DNA from: Candidatus Kapaibacterium sp. | GTDB taxonomy: Bacteria > Bacteroidota > Ignavibacteria > Kapaibacteriales > UBA4661 | Length of the DNA: 64,000 bases | Reading direction: 5' to 3' | Assembly (NCBI GenBank): GCA_025455065.1 | Contig: JALONG010000002.1 | Coordinates: 422-64,421 of the forward strand | Shown here: piece after piece, positions 57,748 through 64,000 of the stretch | Numbering within the stretch: position 1 is the first letter of the stretch | Layout of the letters: each line of letters starts with the position of its first letter | The notes under the pieces: model-generated | The model's database searches: none | What the model was told of the DNA's origin: nothing | What the model saw: the letters and a program-made list of their open reading frames with translations, nothing else | Made by a program: the position numbers and the translations under genes

Positions 57748-60074
57748 TGATTACGCATCAAAGTACAAACGACGAGTTGTCAATTTTTTCTAGTGTTTTA
57801 GGAGCAGTAATGTCTTGTCAATGGCTTGCAATCAGGGCTTTAAGCATAATTAGCCTAATGATGCTTGGGTTTGGTGTTGGCAATGCGGTATTTGCACAAA
57901 TGCCGCAGAATATAGCTTCAATCAACCTTGCAGGCAATGAAGGGCGTATCAATATCGGGCGAGAATCCTTGCACTATATCGAAGATGCTTCCGGTAAGCG
58001 CAGTATTCAGGAGGTAATCAATGCGGATACTTTTTTATGGAAGAACGTTCCTACCGACAAGCCCAGCTTTGGTTTTACGCGCTCTGCTTATTGGTTTCGC
58101 TTTTGTGTGCAGCAGTCAAACTCGCCGCTTCGGAGTGCAAATATCGGTGTAAATACCGTAGTGGGATTCGGCAATGATTGGCTTCTGGAAATTGATTATC
58201 CGCCATTAGATTACATCACTATATTCCACACAACCCTCTCCAAAAGAGGCTTGGGTAGTGCTTCGCAGGCAGATTCTTTGGTTGTAAGGAAAATAATTGA
58301 AACAGGCGATAGAGTGCCGTTCCAAACAAGGCTTGTGCCGCACCGAAACTACGTTATACCGCTTGTTATCAGCGACACCGCAACTCACGTGTACTATGTG
58401 CGCATTGTGACCGAAAGTTCGCTGCAAGTCCCTATGACGCTTTATCGGAGAGATGCCTTTGAGCGTCATAATACGCGATTTGATATGTTTTATGGAGCGC
58501 TGTTCGGCACGATGCTAACAATGGTCGCTTACAATTTGGTGTTGTTTTTTGCAATGGGCGTACCGTCGTATCTTCTTTTTGTGTTGTATATGTCGGCTTC
58601 GGCGTGGTATTATGCGGCTATTAGCGGGTATGGGTTGTATGTTGTCGGCGAAATGCCGTATTGGGCCAATACGCTAACGTTGGTCGCGCTGTTTGCCGCA
58701 TACACGAGTTTAGCCTTTTTTGCACGATATTTCTTACAAACCTTCCGGCATAGCCCTACGTTAGACAAAGCGCATTTTACGATAGGAATTCTAGGCTGCA
58801 TTGGGCTTGTAGGGGTGTTTGTGTTGCCATACAGCATTATGGTTTTCTTCGGTTCGGCTTTGGTTCTTATTGTCTCAATCTTGTGCTTTACCAGTAGTAT
58901 CGTGATGATACGGCGCGGCAATAAAAGTGCGCAGTATTTCCTCATTGCGTTGGCGGCATTTTTAGTAGGAGGTTTAACGACGTTATTGCGAAATGTCGGG
59001 CTTGTACCGAATAATATTTTTTCGGTGCATAGCGTTGAAATCGGCTCTGCACTTGAAGGAATTTTGTTCTCGTTTGGTTTGGCAGGGCAATACCGTATGC
59101 TGAAAAAGCAAAAAGAACAGGCGCAGGAAAAAGCATTGCAACTCCAAAAAGAAGCAAATGAGCGTTTGGAAGAAAAAGTGCGCGAAAGGACATTAGAACT
59201 GGAAGAAAGCAATGATGAGATTCAGCGCCAATTAAAAATTTTAGACGAGCAGTCGCGTGAAATTGAAATTGCCAACACGACGCTTCAGGAAAAAAATCTG
59301 CAATTAGAAGACCTCAATCGCGAGAAAAACGAGTTTCTGGGCATTGCGGCGCATGATTTGAAAAATCCGCTTTCATCCATTACGATGTCTGCTTCCATTG
59401 TGCTTTCCTACCGTGACAAACTTACGCAGGAAATGCTTGAAGACCGCTTGCAAACTATCTTAAACACCTCAGGGCGAATGATGGAAATTATCAAAAATCT
59501 GCTGGATGTGAATGCGATTGAATCAGGGCAGTTCGCTTTTACGGTGGAACACGTCGAAATGAACGAGATTGCAAGCGGTTTGGTGAATGAATATCAAGAC
59601 CGCGCCGCCGCAAAATCTCTTGAACTTGTTTATGAGCCGCAAGCAGCCTTAACAACCGTCATGGGCGACAAAACGGCGCTCACGGAGGTTTTGGAAAATC
59701 TCATTTCCAATGCAATCAAATACTCACCACCGCACAAACGGATTTTTGTTACGCTGACTAATCGTCAGAACATAGATTCTATGGGTCTTTCAGAGCAACC
59801 TCGCACACAGAGCCTATCACCGATAACCTCTATCCTCATTGCAGTTCGTGACGAAGGTCCCGGGCTTTCGGATGACGATAAGACAAAACTTTTTGGGAAA
59901 TTTGCACGGCTTTCCGCACGACCAACAGGCGGGGAACACAGTACCGGACTGGGACTCAGCATTGTGAAAAAAATGGTGGAGGCAATGCACGGGCGCGTGT
60001 GGTGTGAATCGGAATTGGGCAAAGGTGCGATGTTTTTGGTGGAACTGCCCGTCAGCAATACAAGCTCAAACTAA
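57747..60074 (+). CDS. 7TMR-DISM sensor histidine kinase, type A core. The start overlaps the upstream stop as TAATG.
   Basis: Signal peptide, 7TMR-DISM extracellular domain, 7 TM helices, coiled coil, EFLGIAAHDLKNPL and GGEHSTGLGLSIVKKMVEAMHGRVWCESELGKGAMFLVELP. A 25-aa insertion precedes the G1 box. Confidence 0.85.
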   Translation: MITHQSTNDELSIFSSVLGAVMSCQWLAIRALSIISLMMLGFGVGNAVFAQMPQNIASINLAGNEGRINIGRESLHYIEDASGKRSIQEVINADTFLWKNVPTDKPSFGFTRSAYWFRFCVQQSNSPLRSANIGVNTVVGFGNDWLLEIDYPPLDYITIFHTTLSKRGLGSASQADSLVVRKIIETGDRVPFQTRLVPHRNYVIPLVISDTATHVYYVRIVTESSLQVPMTLYRRDAFERHNTRFDMFYGALFGTMLTMVAYNLVLFFAMGVPSYLLFVLYMSASAWYYAAISGYGLYVVGEMPYWANTLTLVALFAAYTSLAFFARYFLQTFRHSPTLDKAHFTIGILGCIGLVGVFVLPYSIMVFFGSALVLIVSILCFTSSIVMIRRGNKSAQYFLIALAAFLVGGLTTLLRNVGLVPNNIFSVHSVEIGSALEGILFSFGLAGQYRMLKKQKEQAQEKALQLQKEANERLEEKVRERTLELEESNDEIQRQLKILDEQSREIEIANTTLQEKNLQLEDLNREKNEFLGIAAHDLKNPLSSITMSASIVLSYRDKLTQEMLEDRLQTILNTSGRMMEIIKNLLDVNAIESGQFAFTVEHVEMNEIASGLVNEYQDRAAAKSLELVYEPQAALTTVMGDKTALTEVLENLISNAIKYSPPHKRIFVTLTNRQNIDSMGLSEQPRTQSLSPITSILIAVRDEGPGLSDDDKTKLFGKFARLSARPTGGEHSTGLGLSIVKKMVEAMHGRVWCESELGKGAMFLVELPVSNTSSN

Positions 60075-60121
60075 AATAATCAACACTGTACTCATGTTTT
60101 TACCACTATCTATTTTGCACT

Positions 60122-60478
60122 ATGGCAACAAAACAATTCAAACTCACCGCCGAACAAATTAAACCGCTTGCAGAAGGCTATGGCGCTTGCTTTGCGACCG
60201 ATAAAATCACGGTTGAAGGGCGCAACGTCGGCTTCATGTACCGCGAAGAACCGGATTATGAGAACGATAGCGGCTGGCGCTTTTTGGCTGGCGATGAAAC
60301 CGGAGAATATATGAACGAAGCAGATAATGTCGGGGTTTATGACGTGAACACGATTGCGAATTATGACGAAGAAATCATTCCCTTTTTGGATGCTGACGAA
60401 GGTACAGCCTTTGCACGGGATAAAGAAACGGGGGAATTTTTTGAGGTGGAATATGATGACGAGGATGATGAAGAATAA
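60122..60478 (+). CDS. DUF2185-domain protein (the family I recall as Imm33-type immunity protein) with an acidic C-terminal tail.
   Basis: 118 aa; pattern FKLTAEQIKPL..GYGACFATDKITVEGRNVGFMYREEP....SGWRFLAGDE..EY.....N..VYDVNTIANYD..I.P.LDA..GTAF.R matches DUF2185 members as I recall them. Confidence 0.6.
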   Translation: MATKQFKLTAEQIKPLAEGYGACFATDKITVEGRNVGFMYREEPDYENDSGWRFLAGDETGEYMNEADNVGVYDVNTIANYDEEIIPFLDADEGTAFARDKETGEFFEVEYDDEDDEE

Positions 60479-60620
60479 GTATTGATGCGGTCTGCACGGT
60501 TGAATCTTTTTTGAAGGTTTTTCCGTATATTGCACGCATCATCTCAGGTAATTATCGCTGCGACTATATTCACAAACCCACGACCAACAGGCAATTTTCC
60601 TCATTTTTCCTTCCAGAATT

Positions 60621-61094
60621 ATGGCACGGTTTTCTTTAACAATCAATACCAAACCTACAACCGTAGATGTAGAGCCGGATACACCGCTTTTGTGGGTTCT
60701 CAGAGACGAACTCGGTATGACGGGAACAAAGTACGGGTGCGGCATTGCGCAGTGTGGTGCGTGTACCGTGCATCTGAACGGCGCTCCGGTGCGCTCATGT
60801 TCGCTTCCTGTGTCGGCGGCTGTGGGGCAGAAAATTACTACGATTGAAGGGCTGTCGCCTGACCGCAGTCATGCGTTGCAACAAGCATGGATAGCAGAGC
60901 AGGTACCGCAATGCGGCTATTGTCAATCAGGGCAGTTAATGTCTGCCGCAGCGCTCTTGGCTGCAAATCCGAGTCCGACTGATGAGGAGATTGATACCGC
61001 CATGCAAGGAAATATCTGCCGTTGCGGGACGTATGTGCGTATTCGCAAAGCAATTCATCGTGCCGCAGCAATGAAGCCTTCGGGCAGCCGATAA
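60621..61094 (+). CDS. (2Fe-2S)-binding small subunit of a molybdenum hydroxylase (IorA/CoxS-like).
   Basis: 157 aa with [18 protein letters not shown] and CRCGTY cysteine clusters typical of the two [2Fe-2S] centres of xanthine dehydrogenase/aldehyde oxidase small subunits. Confidence 0.85.
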   Translation: MARFSLTINTKPTTVDVEPDTPLLWVLRDELGMTGTKYGCGIAQCGACTVHLNGAPVRSCSLPVSAAVGQKITTIEGLSPDRSHALQQAWIAEQVPQCGYCQSGQLMSAAALLAANPSPTDEEIDTAMQGNICRCGTYVRIRKAIHRAAAMKPSGSR

Positions 61095-61122
61095 TTTTCT
61101 ATCAGTAACTTTCCATCGTTCT

Positions 61123-61641
61123 ATGTACTACTTGTCAAAAGCTATGAAAGCACCGCTATTCCTCGCTTTTATCGCAATCTGCGAAATGTCTGCACAAGCA
61201 TCTGCACAAGAAAAACCCAGCGACATTGTGCGCTTCAGTAACCCGCCAACTATGTCGCAACCAAAGGCTTACAGCCATGTTGCGGAAGTTCGCGGTGGGC
61301 GTTTGGTGTTTTTGTCGGGACAAGTGGCACAAGACACGCTTGGGAACGTTGTCGGCAAGGGCGATATTCGCGTACAGACAAAGCAGGTCTTTGCCAATAT
61401 CCAAGCGGGTTTGGCATCGGTTGGCGCGGATTGGTCAAATGTTGTAAAGATGAACACGTACCTCACCGACGCGAGCAATATCGCTGCTTTCCGTGAAGTT
61501 CGGGAGCAGGTCATGGCAAACGTGAAACCGCGCCCTGCCAGTACGGCAGTTGTTATTGCAAAACTTTTTGGCGAAGAGTGGCTTTTGGAGATTGAAGTTG
61601 TGGCGGTTGTTCCCGAAAAGCCTCGTAAAACCAAGCGCTGA
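61123..61641 (+). CDS. RidA/YjgF-family protein with an N-terminal signal peptide.
   Basis: RidA fold motifs (VRFSNPPTMSQPKAYSHVAEVRGGRLVFLSGQVA, VVKMNTYLTD) preceded by a hydrophobic leader (MKAPLFLAFIAICEMSAQASAQ). Confidence 0.75.
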   Translation: MYYLSKAMKAPLFLAFIAICEMSAQASAQEKPSDIVRFSNPPTMSQPKAYSHVAEVRGGRLVFLSGQVAQDTLGNVVGKGDIRVQTKQVFANIQAGLASVGADWSNVVKMNTYLTDASNIAAFREVREQVMANVKPRPASTAVVIAKLFGEEWLLEIEVVAVVPEKPRKTKR

Positions 61642-61653
61642 CGGAAGCGTATC

Positions 61654-62556
61654 ATGAGAACAGATTCTTTTTATTACAAACTGTTTCAACTTTTGCCGGA
61701 AGTCTTGTTATTACTTGCGGGAGCAGATACAACGCGGGCGAGAGAGTATCGGTTTCATTCGGTTGAGGTAAAAGATTTTGCCTTTCGTTTGGATGGCGTG
61801 TTGGCGCTGGCGGAATACCACGATGTGTTCTTTTTCGTGGAAGTACAGTACCAAAAAGATAAGCATTTATATCATCGCTTGTTTGCCGAAATAATGACAT
61901 TTCTCTACCAACAGCGTCCTAAAGGTGAATGGCAAATTGTGGTTATTTTCCCTAAACGCAGCATAGATACAGGCGTTCCACCGGATTTTCGAGAATATCA
62001 CTCTTCTGGGCGCTTGAACGTCGTGTATCTTGACGAATTGCCGCAGAGCCTTACAGACCGCTACCCGCTTACACTTCTCCAGCTTGTTAATGCGCCATCT
62101 CGCAAAGAAATCATTGCGCCATTGGCAAGAGAAGTATTGACAGAAGCCATGCAGAATGAAGAAGAACCTGACCGCAGAGCAGAGTTTGAGCGGCTTGTGG
62201 CGCGAATTATTAGCGTAAAATTACCCAAACTTTCCATTGAGGAGATTAGAGCAATGACAGAACCATTATTAAGCGACTTCGAGAAAACACGGGTGTACCG
62301 TGAAATCCTTGCCCGTGGCATAGCAAAGGGTGAGGCAAAAGGTGAACGCCGAGGTCTTAGTCAAGGTCTTAATCAAGGTATCAGCCTTGGGCAGCGCAAG
62401 CAGCAAGAAACTAGTGCGCTAAATTTTCTTGCCATAGGCTTGAGCGTCGCCGATGTTGCCAAAGGTACGGGCTTGTCGGAGGCAGAAGTACGCACATTAC
62501 AGCAACAAGCTACAAAAGAGCAGCCCAAAACCCGCAGAAAACCACATAATTCGTAA
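61654..62556 (+). CDS. Rpn-family recombination-promoting nuclease/putative transposase (PD-(D/E)XK fold with a DUF4351-like C-terminus).
   Basis: N-terminal YYKLFQLLPEVLLLLAG...RFHSVEVKDFAFRLDGVL...FFFVEVQYQKD matches the Rpn/YhgA-like transposase_31 family pattern. The C-terminal helical region is DUF4351-like. Confidence 0.65.
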   Translation: MRTDSFYYKLFQLLPEVLLLLAGADTTRAREYRFHSVEVKDFAFRLDGVLALAEYHDVFFFVEVQYQKDKHLYHRLFAEIMTFLYQQRPKGEWQIVVIFPKRSIDTGVPPDFREYHSSGRLNVVYLDELPQSLTDRYPLTLLQLVNAPSRKEIIAPLAREVLTEAMQNEEEPDRRAEFERLVARIISVKLPKLSIEEIRAMTEPLLSDFEKTRVYREILARGIAKGEAKGERRGLSQGLNQGISLGQRKQQETSALNFLAIGLSVADVAKGTGLSEAEVRTLQQQATKEQPKTRRKPHNS

Positions 62557-62587
62557 TCACACTTCCTCGTATTTTTTTTCTGACCAC

Positions 62588-64000
62588 TATGAGTACCGCT
62601 ATCTCACACCAACGCCGCGATTTTCTCAAAACTTCATCTGTCGCTGGTACCGCTTTGGTACTCGGTTTTTCGGATGTTTTTGCTGAAAATGCCACATCGG
62701 AATCAATGCTGATTGCCTCTGAATCTCATGAAATCACACCGTTTGTGAAAATAGATGCAAACGGCGCAGTAACGCTCTTCAACCCGCGTCCCGACATGGG
62801 GCAAGGCACGTTCCAATCAATGCCGGCGCTGCTTGCGGAAGAACTTTGCATTTCAATGGACAATGTGAAGATTGTGCAAACCGAAGGCGATGCAAAGCAC
62901 GGCAATCAAAACGCAGGCGGCTCAAGCAGCGTGAGGGGCTTATGGAAACCTTTGCGCACCGTTGGCGCGGCTGCACGGGAAATGCTGATTTCTGCTGCTG
63001 CTGCTACATGGGGCGTTCCGGTGAGCGAGTGCAAGGCGGAAAACGGGCGTGTCCTTCATACGACGAGCAAACGTTCATTAGGTTATGGTGAACTTGCCGC
63101 AAAAGCAGCAACAATACCTGTTCCGAAAGAGCCGACACTCAAAGAGCAGAAAGATTTTACGATTTTGGGTAAACCCGCTTCCCGTGCCGATGTGCCGATG
63201 AAAGTGGATGGTACGGCGAAATTCGGCATTGATGCACGTGTTTCGGGTATGGTCTATGCTTCTGTTGAACATTCGCCAACGGTTGGCGGAAAAATTGTGA
63301 GCATTGACGACGGAAAGGCACTCAAAGTGAAAGGTGTGAAGAGGGTTGTAAGGGTGATGCGTCCACTCTTCGGTTCAGAATTGGAAGGTGTCGCCGTTAT
63401 TGCTGATTCCTACTATGCTGCGCTGAAAGGACGGAAAGCGCTTAATGTAACGTGGGACACCAAAGGGTTTGATACCTTCTCTACCGATAGCTTTTACGCG
63501 GCGATGCGGCAGGCGGCTGCAAAAGACGGAATCCGTGTGGAAGCATCCAAGGGCGATTTTTCAACAAGCACAAAAGTTGCCGCAAAAATGCTGGAAGCGG
63601 TCTATGAAACGCCCTTTGTTGCTCATGCGCCGATGGAGCCTGAAGCAGTCGTAGCGCATTACAAAGACGACGGCACGATTGAAATTTGGGCTTCGACGCA
63701 AGGTCCGGTCTGGACAAAACGTGCAGTGGCAAAGCAGTTCGGTATTGCTGCCGAAAAAATTATGGTGCATCCGCAGTTTTTGGGCGGGAGCTTCGGTCGG
63801 AAGGGCGGTTTGGATGATTTTATCATGGAAGCCGTGCATCTTTCTAAAGAAGTGAAAGCGCCTGTAAAGCTGGTTTGGACACGTGAGGACGACATTACGC
63901 AAGGTCCCTTCCGCCCCGGTATGGTTAATGCACTTTCAGCAACAATGGATGCAAATGGAGCAGTTACAGGGATTCGGCATCGTATTGTCGGACCGTCCAT
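62588..64000 (+). CDS. Molybdopterin-binding large subunit of an IorB/aldehyde-oxidase-family oxidoreductase with a Tat signal; 3' end truncated by the window. Not in the ORF track because there is no stop.
   Basis: Own translation of frame 2: MSTAISHQRRDFLKTSSVAGTALVLG (twin-arginine signal) then ..KIDANGAVTLFNPRPDMGQGTFQSMPALLAEEL..WASTQGPVWTKRAVAKQFGIAAEKIMVHPQFLGGSFGRKGG.., typical of isoquinoline 1-oxidoreductase beta subunits. Confidence 0.8.

Noticed and set aside
2-60074. Possibility that the many near-identical segments represent a CRISPR array or an rRNA/tRNA cluster.
   Set aside because: The repeated units are about 150-bp protein-coding kinase cores in frame within large ORFs. 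There are no short regularly spaced direct repeats with unique spacers, and no tRNA cloverleaf or rRNA-like stretches were recognised in intergenic DNA.
63561-64000. Two minus-strand ORFs at the right edge (63561..63902, 63659..64000).
   Set aside because: They are fully overlapped by a well-supported + strand IorB-type Mo-subunit gene whose frame runs off the window. The track omits it only because it has no stop.

Overview
This 64-kb chromosomal window is dominated by a dense array of 15 sensor histidine-kinase (HK) genes, which by my count take up more than half of the sequence. No receiver (REC) domain or response-regulator gene is visible anywhere in the window. All but one HK lie on the + strand, and they fall into three catalytic-core types. 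Type A (10 genes) has an H-box EFLGIAAHDLKNPL and a nearly identical C-terminus FGKFARLSARPTGGEHSTGLGLSIxKKMVEAMNGRVWCESELGKGATFIVELP. Type B (3 genes) has SHEVRTPL and FQQQDAS..RRxGGLGLGL. Type C (2 tandem genes) has SIVSHDLKNPI and FFQKLSAEPTG.QIVELHGG. These cores are fused to very different sensor modules: periplasmic beta-propeller (Reg_prop) with Y_Y_Y, TPR, 7TMR-DISM, PilJ/NarX-like, CHASE8-like with HAMP, PAS, or bare polytopic membrane domains. Several paralogs carry a homologous TNDQ-rich in-frame insertion in the ATPase domain, encoded by GACCAAT heptamer-like repeats. Both type C genes have frameshifting deletions in the G2 box. Between the kinases are ordinary genes: moeA; a HAMP-adenylate cyclase sharing its periplasmic sensor with one HK; a TonB-dependent receptor followed by a YfiR-like DUF4154 protein; a di-heme DUF1111 protein; a DabA/DabB (DUF2309 plus NuoL-like) inorganic-carbon uptake pair followed by a SulP/BicA-like transporter; a Tat-exported metallophosphoesterase; a LOG protein; fadD; a GT2 glycosyltransferase; a DUF2807 adhesin-like protein; a PaaI thioesterase; a DUF2185 protein; and an iorA/iorB-type molybdo-oxidoreductase pair split by a secreted RidA and an Rpn-family PD-(D/E)XK nuclease. 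Intergenic regions contain a MITE-like 237-bp foldback element with flanking 8-bp direct repeats, a nested-hairpin palindromic element, a short inverted-repeat-bounded element, tandem 18-bp and 23-bp repeats upstream of kinase genes, and TTCGTG direct repeats upstream of dabA. No rRNA, tRNA or CRISPR array was recognised. Phylum is uncertain; the propeller and Y_Y_Y HKs without REC/AraC domains and the DUF4154/TonB neighbourhood loosely suggest the Chlorobi/Ignavibacteria/Bacteroidetes group or a similar lineage, but this is a guess.
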